A stretch of 64,000 bases of DNA from Candidatus Saccharicenans sp. Lineage in GTDB: Bacteria; Acidobacteriota; Aminicenantia; Aminicenantales; Saccharicenantaceae. How positions within the stretch are numbered: the stretch's first letter is position 1; each line of letters begins with the position of its first letter. Both the position numbers and the translations under genes were made by a program. The notes beneath the pieces were generated by a model. It was given only the letters and a program-made list of their open reading frames with translations. It did no database searches and had not been told where the DNA came from. This document shows positions 27,359 to 37,575 of this stretch, one piece after another. The stretch is from NCBI GenBank assembly GCA_049659625.1, contig JBASPX010000049.1:12060-76059 (forward strand), given 5' to 3'.

Positions 27359-28672
27359 ACTGAAATAGACCTGCCTTAATCTGACGAGTGCCGAACGATG
27401 GTCCACGATCGGCTGATGATAACCGGGAAGTTCGAGAGCATGGATCTGGCGGCAGCTGAATTTTTTCAGTTCCGGCAGATATTTTTTTATGTAGCGACAC
27501 TGCGGGTCGTATTTTTCAGCCTGAAGCTGAGGGTTGAAAATCCTTAACGGACGAGGGTCTGCTCCGACGGAAGCCGACCACTGCCAGTTTCCGGTGTTGA
27601 CCACTTCGTCATAATCGAGAAGGTATTTTCTGAAAAGCTTCTCCCCCGTTCTCCAGTCGATCAGCAGATCCTTCGTCAAAAAAGAGGCTACAATCAGCCG
27701 AGCCCGGTTGTGCATCCAGCCTTCCTGTTTCAGCTGGCGTATGGCGGCATCGACCACCGGATAACCTGTCCGGGCTTCTTCGACCGCTCGAATGTCTTCA
27801 TCCCGGTTTAACCACCTGAGACCTCGACGTTTTTCCTGAAATTCAAGGTTTTCGGTCCACGGAAAATGGTGGCGAAGGTGATACCAGAATTCCCTCCAGG
27901 CCAGCTCTTTAACAAACTGGCTGTCGGGGGGAAGCTTCTTTATCGCCTGCCGGAAAATCTGTCGCACCGAAACCAGCCCGAACCTCAGGCCCACCGAAAG
28001 CCGGCTGGTGCCGTCAAGGTCAAGACGATGGCGATCGCGGTCATATCTTTTAAAATCATACTCTTTCAGGCGCTTCAGGGCATAATCAGGCTCCCAGTAT
28101 CGATTCATCTCATACGGCAGCTCTTTTATGGAAACTGAAAGAGTAGGCAGCTTCAACAGCGGCGTTTTCAACCTTTCCGGCAACGTGGCTATCGAGACTT
28201 CCTCAGAACTCAGAGCCCTGAGCCAGAGTCTGAAAAAGGGCGTGTAGACTTTCCGGGCTTCTATTTTTTCCGGCGGGACCAGAAGAGAATCGTTGAAATC
28301 CCTGAAATCAACTCCCTTCTGCCGGCACAGCCTCTCCACTTTCTTCTGTGTTCTCTCCCCGCTCCAGGAATAGCTACGGTTGGTATAAACGGCCGCCGGA
28401 TGAAGTTCTGCTATCAATCTCTCAAAAATCTTTTCCGGGTCGCCGTAAAAGCAATAAAGACGGCTGCCCTTTTCTCGCAGTTTTCGGTCAAGCTCATCCA
28501 GAGAAGCGACCAGAAATCCGGTTCTGCTCTCAGGCCCCTCAAGATGGAGAAGCAATTTGCGGTCAAAAACAAAAACGGGAATTATCTCAGACGCAGCAGC
28601 TGCGGCCGCCTGCAAACCGCGGTTGTCCTCAATCCTCAGATCTCTCTTAAACCAGAAAATTATTCTTCCCAT
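27350..28672 (-). CDS. phr: Deoxyribodipyrimidine photolyase / cryptochrome family protein
   Basis: 440 aa. FWFKRDLRIEDNRGL, TGYPVVDAAIRQLKQEGWMHNRARLIVASFLTKDL, NTGNWQWSAS. Confidence 0.9.
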   Translation of the reverse strand: MGRIIFWFKRDLRIEDNRGLQAAAAAASEIIPVFVFDRKLLLHLEGPESRTGFLVASLDELDRKLREKGSRLYCFYGDPEKIFERLIAELHPAAVYTNRSYSWSGERTQKKVERLCRQKGVDFRDFNDSLLVPPEKIEARKVYTPFFRLWLRALSSEEVSIATLPERLKTPLLKLPTLSVSIKELPYEMNRYWEPDYALKRLKEYDFKRYDRDRHRLDLDGTSRLSVGLRFGLVSVRQIFRQAIKKLPPDSQFVKELAWREFWYHLRHHFPWTENLEFQEKRRGLRWLNRDEDIRAVEEARTGYPVVDAAIRQLKQEGWMHNRARLIVASFLTKDLLIDWRTGEKLFRKYLLDYDEVVNTGNWQWSASVGADPRPLRIFNPQLQAEKYDPQCRYIKKYLPELKKFSCRQIHALELPGYHQPIVDHRSALVRLRQVYFSKA

Positions 28673-29448
28673 CAGTTTTCCTTTTCGCCATCATAATTTC
28701 TGGCGGCTTCAACATACTTTTTGACTCTGACCAGTGTCGCCTGAGCATTTTTTCTGGAAAGCCAGTTCCGGATAAAAGCAGGGACCGGAAAATCTGGTAC
28801 AACATAACTTCCGTAACGAGCCAGCGTCCTCCCTTCCGCGAATTTGTATAATTTCCAGTAACCGAAGAGCTCTCTTAAATCATGCGGTTCCCGCCGGTCA
28901 AGTTCCCACCAGATACTGAATGTTTCCGGTTCGAACCGATGTATGACCGTATAGCTGACTTTCTGACCGAAAATTTTAACCAGGAAAAACATCCGGTTGT
29001 ATCCGTTTCCCTGTTCAATCAGTCTTAATTCTTCTATTTCAGGGATGTATTCTTTCTGCTTTTCCGTGGCTGAAAGAAGTGCCCAGACTTTCTCCCGCGG
29101 CGCCTCAAACATCAGGCCTGCCTGAATCACCGTCCTTCCACCAGAGCTCTCTTCATGGGAAGCAAAAACCAGCACTTCGCCTGAAAGGATTCTTTTGACC
29201 TCTTCCCGGGAAAGATCTTTAAGTCCATCCGGACCGAAATCCGGAACAGGAAAGGCCGGCTTCAACTCCTGTCGAACAGAATTCCCGACCGGCCTCCGGC
29301 TGTTTCCCCCTTCGTTTTTTTCGATCAAGCCATGAGAAGCAGTTATTTCCTTAAGGAAATAACTGTTAAAGGCAAAAAACAGAACCGGAAAAAGGAGCCA
29401 CATCTTTCCGCGCATTTTCCTTACGTTCATCTGAAAACAATAACGCAC
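28672..29448 (-). CDS. Secreted SRPBCC/START-like (cyclase/dehydrase fold) protein, tentative
   Basis: 258 aa with signal peptide MWLLFPVLFFAFNSYF. The pattern KVWALLSATEKQKEYIPEIEE...YTVIHRFEP...LFGYWKLYKF resembles polyketide_cyc2/SRPBCC proteins. The true start is probably an internal Met. Confidence 0.45.
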   Translation of the reverse strand: MRYCFQMNVRKMRGKMWLLFPVLFFAFNSYFLKEITASHGLIEKNEGGNSRRPVGNSVRQELKPAFPVPDFGPDGLKDLSREEVKRILSGEVLVFASHEESSGGRTVIQAGLMFEAPREKVWALLSATEKQKEYIPEIEELRLIEQGNGYNRMFFLVKIFGQKVSYTVIHRFEPETFSIWWELDRREPHDLRELFGYWKLYKFAEGRTLARYGSYVVPDFPVPAFIRNWLSRKNAQATLVRVKKYVEAARNYDGEKEN

Positions 29449-29740
29449 TTTTTATATTTCACCCGATCCACAGCCCGCCTTTCAAGCTTAGAGTAATCCC
29501 TCCCCTTCACTCCGTCAAGCTTCCGGTCGGTCCTTTGAATTACTAAGGTATTTATCATCAATGCCGGGGCCGGCTTCAAATATCTAAACCATTCGAACGT
29601 CCACCTCATCCACCCTGTAAAACTTTGAAAAACAACAGCCGACTCCTGATGACATCTGGCATTCATCCAGCAATTCTCACGCCTGCCTGAGGTCAGGTTA
29701 TTGACCGGTCTGCCCGATTGTGTTTAAATTATCTGGAGCC

Positions 29741-29826
29741 GCCGGGGTGGCGGAATTGGTAGACGCAAGGGACTTAAAATCCCTCGGGGCGTGAGCTCCG
29801 TGCCGGTTCGAGTCCGGCCCTCGGCA
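29741..29826 (+). tRNA. tRNA-Leu (anticodon TAA), long variable arm, CCA not encoded
   Basis: GCCGGGGTGGCGGAATTGGTAGACGCAAGGGACTTAAAATCCC... folds as a cloverleaf. Acceptor GCCGGGG/CCTCGGC with one G-U pair, T-arm GCCGG-TTCGAGT-CCGGC, anticodon loop CTTAAAA. Confidence 0.95.
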
Positions 29827-30084
29827 TTCCTGCCTGATTAACAAACAAATAGCCATTTTCAGGTTATCTCCGAATAGCCAGGGACTGATGGCCGCTTAAA
29901 TCAACTGCCAATCTCAGCTGAAAACACCGGAAAATTATTCCGTCCTGGGTCTGGCAGCCGGGAAAAAGGTCCCCCCGGGTGAGAGATTAAAAGCGGAGTT
30001 TGCGGAAAAGAATTGACCGGCAGACAGCTGCGCCTGATGTTGACACTCCCTTCCAGGAAGACTAATCTGGAAGCGGAGGGGAAA

Positions 30085-30654
30085 ATGAAGCCGGTTGAAG
30101 AACTTAAGGAAGAACATCGCGCGATAAAAACCATCGCCAGGATATTGCTTGAGATTTCGAGACGGCTGGAAGCCGGTGAAAGTCCGGAAATAAAAGACCT
30201 GAATGATATAATTGATTTCCTGAAAGTATTTGCCGAAAGCTGCCATCACCGCAAGGAGGAGAAATTGTTATTCCCGGCACTGGAAAAAGCCGGGATCTCA
30301 CGGGAAGAAGGGCCGGTGGGAGTTATCCTGAAAGACCATGAATGCGGTCGGGGTATGGCCAGAGAAATGGAAGAAGCGCTGGACAGGATGATCAGAGGAG
30401 AAGAGAGGGCTGGATTGAATTTTGCTCGCCAGGCCCGGGCTTATGCTGAACTTCTGATCAATCATATTGAAAAGGAGGACAACGTTCTTTTCCCCCTGGC
30501 GGAAAACCATCTCAGCCAGAAAACACAGACTGACCTTAGAAAAGACTTTAAGAGAGTAGAAAAAGAAACCGCGGGAGCCGGTCTCCACCGGACATTTAAG
30601 CGCCTGCTCGAACGACTGGAAGAAAAATATTTAAGGAGTGAAGGTTCAGCCTGA
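30085..30654 (+). CDS. Hemerythrin (HHE cation-binding) domain protein
   Basis: ATG 30085 with SD GGAGGGG (30075..30081). His/Glu pattern EEHRAIK, CHHRKEEKLLFP, INHIEKEDNVLFP. The track start at 30013 is an upstream extension. Confidence 0.75.
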   Translation: MKPVEELKEEHRAIKTIARILLEISRRLEAGESPEIKDLNDIIDFLKVFAESCHHRKEEKLLFPALEKAGISREEGPVGVILKDHECGRGMAREMEEALDRMIRGEERAGLNFARQARAYAELLINHIEKEDNVLFPLAENHLSQKTQTDLRKDFKRVEKETAGAGLHRTFKRLLERLEEKYLRSEGSA

Positions 30655-30681
30655 GAGAAAATAACCAGGAAAGAGAAAACG

Positions 30682-30924
30682 ATGGATGAAAAAGACATCA
30701 ACCGGATGAGCGATGAGCAACTGAAAGAATTCATCAGGAAATTTTATTCGGAACTCGACCGGGAGTCGGATTGCTCCGTCTGTCCGGTAATTTCCTGTCC
30801 TCGCAGAAGAAAACCGCTTCATGACGAATCTGGAGAAGATTCAGGCGAAATTGAAAAAGAAGAGGATCATAACCGGACGATGACCGACTGTGAACTAAAA
30901 TCCGGCAGAAAAACCGGAAAGTAG
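30682..30924 (+). CDS. Small acidic hypothetical protein with a CxxCxxxxC motif (80 aa), uncertain
   Basis: ORF 27 nt after the hemerythrin gene on the same strand, containing CSVCPVISCP. No family recognised. Confidence 0.3.
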   Translation: MDEKDINRMSDEQLKEFIRKFYSELDRESDCSVCPVISCPRRRKPLHDESGEDSGEIEKEEDHNRTMTDCELKSGRKTGK

Positions 30925-31081
30925 CAAAATCGCGCCGGTGCGCAGGAAAGGCTTTTTTGTTTTCCATAATCATTTTGTGAGAACTACCCGGTCTCTGCCT
31001 GAGAAAAAGCTTAAAGTCCTGCGGTGAAGTCAATTAAAAATTATGTTTATCTAAATCTTTACTGAAAATGAAGAATTATTT

Positions 31082-31507
31082 TCAGGATTCGATAATTTTA
31101 ATCTCCCAGGTCACCGGGATGGCCTTCTTCAGGGTGGCGGTCACCCCGCAATATTTTTCCTGGGAAAGAGATATAGCCTGGCGCAGCTTTTCTTCCGGCA
31201 GATTTTTCCCGGTAAATTCATAAATCAGGTGAACCCGCACAAACTGCCTGGGATGTTCCCCGGTAAGCTCACCTTCCACCAGCAACCTGAATTTTTCCAG
31301 CGGGACCCTCATTTTCTGGAGAATGGAAACCACATCCATCCCGGTGCAACCCGCCAGCGCCACCAGAAGAAGGGGTTTCGGGCGCGGTCCCCGATTCTGT
31401 CCGCCCGCAGAGGCCGGAGTATCCAGGATCAGCGGATGTCCGTCAACGTCCGCCTGAAAAGCCATGCCATCAAGCCAGTCAACGGTTATAAATTCTCTGC
31501 CGGCCAT
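31082..31507 (-). CDS. OsmC/Ohr family peroxiredoxin-like protein
   Basis: 141 aa with the two conserved Cys contexts LVALAGCTGMDV and QEKYCGVTATL. Confidence 0.85.
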   Translation of the reverse strand: MAGREFITVDWLDGMAFQADVDGHPLILDTPASAGGQNRGPRPKPLLLVALAGCTGMDVVSILQKMRVPLEKFRLLVEGELTGEHPRQFVRVHLIYEFTGKNLPEEKLRQAISLSQEKYCGVTATLKKAIPVTWEIKIIES

Positions 31508-31794
31508 AATCTCCTCCTGCCAGTTTCTTTTAAATAGATTTTACTCCCGCCCCGAGAAAACTGAAACACTTTAAAAACACAGGGGAAACGAATCTGTCGT
31601 CAGAATAATAACTTAAAAACACATTGCGACATCGATTAAATTACTGCCCTGCTGATGAAACTTTTCAAAACCCCACCATTAAGTGGATACGCTGTCTTAA
31701 CCCAGCAGTAAAACCGGGGTTGCCTCATCATTCTTATTAAGTTATATTAATCTGCCGGAATGTTCAGAAGAACATCAGAATTCTGGAGGTCAAC

Positions 31795-33285
31795 ATGCGC
31801 CGCCGCCAGACTTTTATCATCGCTCTGATTTTCCTTATTTTGAGTTCAAGCCCACTTCTCCTGCCAGCGGAAAACCAGAAACTCACCTGCTATACGGTTC
31901 TCGTTGGCAAAAAGGCCAGCGCTGACGGCTCGGTGATGGTAGCTCACAACGAAGATGATTATGGAGACATCACGGTCAACGTCAGAAAAATCCGCCCGCG
32001 CAACTACGGAGCTCCGGTCAGGATCAGCCTGGGACATGGCGGATACTATGAAACTGACGGCCGTACCAGCGGCTTTCTGTGGATAGAGGCCACCACTCAG
32101 GAATTTGCCGACAGCTTCGTCAACGAGCACGGTGTGTTGATCACCTCCGACGCCTGCGCCTCCAGAGAAACAGTGGAGGATTACACAGACGGCGGTATCG
32201 GCTACATGCTGAGAAGAATCGTGGCGGAAAAAGCCCGTTCGGCCCGGGAAGCTGTCCAGCTCGCCGGTGAACTAATAGAAAAGTATGGCTACCGGGCTTC
32301 CGGAAGAACTTACTCTATCGCCGATAAAGACGAAGCCTGGATGCTGGCCGTCATCCGCGGCCGCCACTGGTTTGCCCGCAGGGTGCCGGACGATGAGGTG
32401 GCGGTCATCCCCAATTATTACACCATAAGAGAAATAAACCCTGACGACCCGGAAAATTTCCTCGGCAGCCGGGATATAATCGAATATGCAGAAAAAAGGG
32501 GCTGGTACGACCGGCAGAAAGACGGACCGTTTGATTTCAAGAAAGTTTTTTCCCGCCCTGCCAGCCGGGAACCGATTTTTGACGGAAACACCCTGAGAAT
32601 GTGGCGCGGACTGGAAAAGCTGAGTGGCAAAAAATGGGAAATTGGCGGCGACTATCCCTTTTCCTTCAAGCCGGCAAAAAAGGTAACGGTGGAAATGTTA
32701 ATGGAACTGCTCAGGGACCATTACGAGGGAACTGCCTACGATGCCACCGACGGCTACCGATCAGGCAGCCCCAACCGTACAAAATTCCGGACGATCTGCA
32801 CCAGTTCGACCATCAATTCCTTTGTGGCTGTCCTCAACAAGCGTAAACCTGAACCGCTGGCCATCATGCTCTGGCTGGCTTTCGGCAAGCCGGACACGAC
32901 CATATATCTGCCTTTATATTACGGAGTGGAATCCCTACCGCCCGGTGCCGGCTACGGTCCGACCGATCACGATTACGAGATATTCTATCGACAGCACTTT
33001 CAACCTGACTATCTGCTCCCGGTCAGGGACCAGCTCCTTAACACCATGGTGTTGAAATTAGAAAGAAAAGTTGAAGAGAACTACGGGGAGATGATTGAAA
33101 TCATCAGAAAAGAACTCCATCCGCTCGAGCGAGAATTTCTTAAAAGCTGGAAAGCATTCGAACAAAAATTCACTGCCGAGAGTCGAAAAAGTCCGGAAAA
33201 AGCCGCGAATATGCTCCATGGTTATGTCAGCGGCGCCTTCGAGCGAACGGTAAAAACTTACCGCCGCCTTCTGGCCGAACACTGA
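31795..33285 (+). CDS. Peptidase family C69 dipeptidase (N-terminal nucleophile Cys), secreted
   Basis: 496 aa. Signal peptide then CYTVLVGKKASADGSVMVAHNEDD, typical of C69 Ntn-hydrolase dipeptidases. Confidence 0.8.
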   Translation: MRRRQTFIIALIFLILSSSPLLLPAENQKLTCYTVLVGKKASADGSVMVAHNEDDYGDITVNVRKIRPRNYGAPVRISLGHGGYYETDGRTSGFLWIEATTQEFADSFVNEHGVLITSDACASRETVEDYTDGGIGYMLRRIVAEKARSAREAVQLAGELIEKYGYRASGRTYSIADKDEAWMLAVIRGRHWFARRVPDDEVAVIPNYYTIREINPDDPENFLGSRDIIEYAEKRGWYDRQKDGPFDFKKVFSRPASREPIFDGNTLRMWRGLEKLSGKKWEIGGDYPFSFKPAKKVTVEMLMELLRDHYEGTAYDATDGYRSGSPNRTKFRTICTSSTINSFVAVLNKRKPEPLAIMLWLAFGKPDTTIYLPLYYGVESLPPGAGYGPTDHDYEIFYRQHFQPDYLLPVRDQLLNTMVLKLERKVEENYGEMIEIIRKELHPLEREFLKSWKAFEQKFTAESRKSPEKAANMLHGYVSGAFERTVKTYRRLLAEH

Positions 33286-33370
33286 AAAGTTCTGGTTGTG
33301 GAATAAAACAGCCGGAGAGAAAACCGCTACTTCTTCGCAAAAGATTTTCTACATTGTTTTTTTTCGCGCT

Positions 33371-36300
33371 CTATCTCACATAAATTTCATCAAAAAGCAT
33401 CCAGACTTTCTGTCCGGCGTTGCGGAAACCTTCAGGAACAACGCCGGCGCTGGCAGCTTTGAGGCGAACAAACCTGGCCTCCGACCCCCGGAGTGAGACA
33501 TACAGGGATTTAACCCCGGCCGTACCGGGCTTTTCCGGCAAAGGAAATTCCTTTTCGGCCGCTTTTTCAAACTTCCGCCCGTCAACCGACACCTCCACCA
33601 CCACCTTAACCGGCAGGAAAATCCGGGCGTTGTGATTTTCAAAGCAGCTGAGCTCAAGTTCATAGAGGTCAAGTTTGCGGCCGAGATCCAGAACGACCTC
33701 CAGATCGTTTCCTTCATATCCCTGCCAGGCCGGGTCTCTGGCCTCAGCCCGCGCTTTAACCAGATCAACAAGGGTTTTTTCTGCGGCCGCTCCGGGCCTG
33801 GAAGGAGACGGAGCGCTGAAGTAGATAATATCTTTAACCGGATAGGACTGGCTGTAATAAGCCGCGGCCACGGGGCTCGGCTGACGTTTCGGATGAAAAG
33901 CCATCGCTTTGAGAACTGCTGTTCCTTTGATGGTAATCGGTCCTTGATAGACTGGAGATTTCTCCGTCGGCTCGCTGCCGTCGAGCGTGTAGTGAATTTC
34001 CGCTCCCTCCAGCGGCACCGAAATGGTCACGCTGGCTGGTTCTGACGGACTGACATAGGCTTTAGGGGGATTGATCACCGGAGCCGGAACCACCGCCCAT
34101 CTTTCGTAATCAGCCGGGTCCCTCTCCAGAACATCAAAAAGCTGGCTGACCGCCTGGCTGGCATCGTTCTCGTTTCTGGCGACGCTCATGGCGAGAATTT
34201 TGATCTTCGGGTTTGAAGGAAGCGTAACTTCACGCACGCCGGCAGGCAGGTCAAAAGCATACTTGAACACGTAACCATATATGTAAGGCTCATTTCCTTC
34301 TGCTGGATGATGCAGATGGGTGGTGAAGAAAGCCACGTTATCCTGTCTGGTGTATCCTGGAACCACGCCGGTGTAAGTATATTTCTCGCGGTCAAAATCG
34401 ATGCTGGCGGCCGGTCCTTCGGCCCAGGTCCGGTTATCCCACTGGCCGATAAAACCTGACCAGAAAGCCACCGAAATTTCAACCGGCGTCTGACCGATCC
34501 TGAATTCGCCTTTCTGATTTTCTTCCGATGCCGCTGCCAGGATATACAGGCGGTTGTAATCGCCTTCGGGAAGGGTAATAGCCTGTCCCTGGCAGGCTAC
34601 GGCGTTTTTAGCCCCGTCCTCCTTCGGTCCAAGTTCAAATTTTACGCTGTCGACGACGATGGAATCAGGAATCAACTCAGCCGGATAAGTGCGGCGGTCA
34701 GCATCAAAAGAACCGTCCTTTCTGTTATGATCATAACTGAAGATGTCCAGGTTGTAAGGAAGCTTTACCGGAGAAGACGGAGGAAGTTCCAGCCTGGCGG
34801 CCGGTGCCTGAAGTTTCAGAGCAAAAGTCTTAATACCGTACGGATTCAGGTCAAAAATAACGCGGCCATCTTTCACCTGGACCGGACCTATCTCTTCTTC
34901 CACCCCGTTGACTTCCCTTGCTGAAACCACTGGAGCGATGAAGGACAGCGAGACCTTCTTCAGACTCTTTCCGGTCGTTTCCACCAGCCGGATGATCACT
35001 TCATCCGAGTTTTCCGCCTTTTTGACGGCAGAAATTCTGATATTTTCCTCGCTCAAACGGAGAAAAGACAGGCTGCGACCTAACCTGCCCTCATGGGGAA
35101 TCGTCTGAAATGCCAGCAGCGGCTGATTCAGACGCAGCGCCTGCTGAACGGTATTTCCCTGGCGCCAGTCTCCCTGATGCCCGTAAACAGCATACAGAAT
35201 TTCGTGGCGTCCAAAATCCTGGGTGGCCTGCTCTCCGGGCCAGGAACGCACTCCTGGAGTGTAAAGAAGCGTCAGTCTCAGCATATTATCGGACGGTTTG
35301 TCTGAACCGTACTTGCAATCCTCCAGGATGGAGACGCCGTAGCTGCCGCTCTTATCAGTCAGGTCGAACCAGAGGTGTGAAGGCACTTCAAACTTTTTCG
35401 GGTCGTTATTACCGCGCTGCACCGTCCCGAGACCCCAGCTGTAAGTGGCCAGCGGGTTGGAAACGGTCAGGGGAAAGGCTGCTTTCAGGGAAGATTCTCT
35501 CGTCGCCCAGTCTATCTGGTTGTAAAATTCAACCCGGTCTCCGGCACTCCCGGCCGCCAGTCTGACCACCTGAACAAACCGGGAACCCCGGGTTTCCCTC
35601 TCTATCTCCACCGCCACTCTGGCTGGCCCGTTCTCCACCACCCTGATTTTTGCCGGGCCTGATACATAGCCGGACGGAGGCTTCATCCGATCTTCCCAGT
35701 CCATATTCCAGGCCGGCCACTGCTGCGGCTTTTCGTAATGAAACGACAGCCGGGCAGCCGAAGCCAGAATCTCCCGGCCAGCTTTTTTATCGTAAATGCT
35801 GGAGACATCGCCATCCCTGTTAATCTTCACCACATACCGGCTGTTTTCCACCACTTCCGGACTGACTTTAAGTCCGGTGTTAAGACGGCAGGGCTCAGGC
35901 GACGGTCTCAGGTCATAAACGGCAAAACCCACCGAAGGAACTTTCGCCAGAAAAACAAATTTTATTTTCTGGCCTTTTCTCTCGATAACCTGAGAGGGAA
36001 CTTCCATTCCATCAGGGCCAAAAATCCTTATGAATTCGGCAGAGACGGGAAGCGTAATTTCGGCTTCGACCGCATCCTCCCGATCAAAGGTCAGCGGGTT
36101 ATAGACAACCAGCGGGAGGCCGCTTACCCTCGTATCCAGCATTCTGATAACCGCTCCGGCTACATCTTTGAGCACGCTGCTGAACAGGTTGGCTGCCAGC
36201 ACCTCATCGTTCCAGGAAAATTCGTAAGCTCTGGGAATGCTCGTACCGGGGAGAATATCATGAAACTGAGCGCCGAGAACCAGGCGCCAGGCCTCATTGA

Positions 36301-37387
36301 TTTTTTCCCGGTTGTAGACAGCCCCGCCGAGCCAGTCAGCCAGCACCGCAGCCGCTTCCGCCGAATATCCGAGAAACTCATTCTTGCGATTCCAGCGCTT
36401 CATCGCGGCCTGGGAAGTGATGGACCCGGCCGAATGATTGGTCAGCAAAAATTCTCCCGTGTAAGAAGGCAACTTCTTTTTCTGAGCTTCATTCAGACTG
36501 TTGAAAAATTCATCCGCCTTAGCCGAGACCACTTTCAGGTCGGCCTGCTGGCTGCTCTGAATGCTCAGCTCGAGATTCCTGACGGAATTTTCGTCAGGTG
36601 CTCCACCGACATCACCAGTTCCAAAGTACATATAATCGGCAAAAACTCCGTATTTCTGTCCGTTTTCGTTTACTCTGAGCCTCCAGGTCTGGTTCTGAGT
36701 AAGGTCTCCGGTAATCTTTCCGGTGTAATCCCCCGGGTTGAGCGCCGCAGCCACATACTGACCGTCAGGACCGTACCAGACTCCGATGTTGAAGGGAATG
36801 CCAACAGCCGACCCCCAGCTGAGCTTCTGGGTGGAAAAGCCCTTCAAACCGCAGTGAGCCAGGATCGAGGGCAGAGAGGCCGGGAACCCGAAGCAATCGG
36901 GTAACATGTACTCCTTGCTGCTGAAACCGAATTCCTTCTTAAAAAACTCCGTGCCGTAAAGTATCTGCCTGATTATAGATTCAAAAGAAGGAGCCATCAC
37001 GTCGTTTTCTTCCATCGAAGAACCGGACGGAAACCAGCGTCCGGCTGCCACGTATTTTTTTACCAATTGATACTGTTCCGGATAATATTCCTTCATCATC
37101 AGGTAACGATTGGCGCCGCTGAAGTTAAACACATAATTCGGATACTTCTCAAAAAGGGCAAAATTGTCCACCATGGTGTTCCAGATGTATTCTTTTATCG
37201 TCTTCTGATAATCCCACCGCCACTGGGTATCGAGATGAGCGTAACCAACCGTGAACAATACTTTTTCCCGGCTCATGTCGTATTTACTCTGGGAAAAACC
37301 GATTCCGTTTAAAAGGATCAACCAGCCTGAAATTAAAACAACCGAAAAAATCATCATCTTTTTAACTGAAAGGAATCTCTGAATCAT
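33371..37387 (-). CDS. GH38 alpha-mannosidase with C-terminal chitobiase/Fn3-associated and F5/8 type C (discoidin)-like domains
   Basis: GYAHLDTQWRWDY and YMLPDCFGFPASLPSILAHCG (GH38 core). C-terminus has EIHYTLDGSEPTEKSPVYQGPITIKGTAVLKAMAF followed by a discoidin-like tail. I prefer ATG 37387 (SD GAGGAG) over the track start 37426. Confidence 0.85.
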   Translation of the reverse strand: MIQRFLSVKKMMIFSVVLISGWLILLNGIGFSQSKYDMSREKVLFTVGYAHLDTQWRWDYQKTIKEYIWNTMVDNFALFEKYPNYVFNFSGANRYLMMKEYYPEQYQLVKKYVAAGRWFPSGSSMEENDVMAPSFESIIRQILYGTEFFKKEFGFSSKEYMLPDCFGFPASLPSILAHCGLKGFSTQKLSWGSAVGIPFNIGVWYGPDGQYVAAALNPGDYTGKITGDLTQNQTWRLRVNENGQKYGVFADYMYFGTGDVGGAPDENSVRNLELSIQSSQQADLKVVSAKADEFFNSLNEAQKKKLPSYTGEFLLTNHSAGSITSQAAMKRWNRKNEFLGYSAEAAAVLADWLGGAVYNREKINEAWRLVLGAQFHDILPGTSIPRAYEFSWNDEVLAANLFSSVLKDVAGAVIRMLDTRVSGLPLVVYNPLTFDREDAVEAEITLPVSAEFIRIFGPDGMEVPSQVIERKGQKIKFVFLAKVPSVGFAVYDLRPSPEPCRLNTGLKVSPEVVENSRYVVKINRDGDVSSIYDKKAGREILASAARLSFHYEKPQQWPAWNMDWEDRMKPPSGYVSGPAKIRVVENGPARVAVEIERETRGSRFVQVVRLAAGSAGDRVEFYNQIDWATRESSLKAAFPLTVSNPLATYSWGLGTVQRGNNDPKKFEVPSHLWFDLTDKSGSYGVSILEDCKYGSDKPSDNMLRLTLLYTPGVRSWPGEQATQDFGRHEILYAVYGHQGDWRQGNTVQQALRLNQPLLAFQTIPHEGRLGRSLSFLRLSEENIRISAVKKAENSDEVIIRLVETTGKSLKKVSLSFIAPVVSAREVNGVEEEIGPVQVKDGRVIFDLNPYGIKTFALKLQAPAARLELPPSSPVKLPYNLDIFSYDHNRKDGSFDADRRTYPAELIPDSIVVDSVKFELGPKEDGAKNAVACQGQAITLPEGDYNRLYILAAASEENQKGEFRIGQTPVEISVAFWSGFIGQWDNRTWAEGPAASIDFDREKYTYTGVVPGYTRQDNVAFFTTHLHHPAEGNEPYIYGYVFKYAFDLPAGVREVTLPSNPKIKILAMSVARNENDASQAVSQLFDVLERDPADYERWAVVPAPVINPPKAYVSPSEPASVTISVPLEGAEIHYTLDGSEPTEKSPVYQGPITIKGTAVLKAMAFHPKRQPSPVAAAYYSQSYPVKDIIYFSAPSPSRPGAAAEKTLVDLVKARAEARDPAWQGYEGNDLEVVLDLGRKLDLYELELSCFENHNARIFLPVKVVVEVSVDGRKFEKAAEKEFPLPEKPGTAGVKSLYVSLRGSEARFVRLKAASAGVVPEGFRNAGQKVWMLFDEIYVR

Positions 37388-37575
37388 GGCTTTGCTCCTC
37401 TCTTTATTATCGATATGAACAAACAAAAATTAATCTTTTTACCATAAAAGTGTCAATCGACCGCAGACGAAAAACGCGCCACCAGACCGAACAAATCGGC
37501 ACGGTCTTACAGACATTGTCTTACACAGAAACAAAACTTTGAAAACTGAAAAAGTTTTTTGAGTTCAGATTTTTT

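Noticed and set aside
29427-29666. 79-aa minus-strand ORF upstream of tRNA-Leu
   Set aside because: It has no SD and overlaps the 5' end of the SRPBCC-like gene. No motif is recognisable, so it is probably non-coding leader or promoter DNA.
29741-29826. tRNA-Leu as an integration site marking the giant genes as a genomic island
   Set aside because: No integrase is present, I could see no direct repeat of the tRNA 3' end, and ordinary genes (photolyase, SRPBCC-like) lie in between. Composition of the giant genes resembles the flanks.
35738-36904. 388-aa + strand ORF
   Set aside because: It is an antisense shadow of the GH38 alpha-mannosidase gene.
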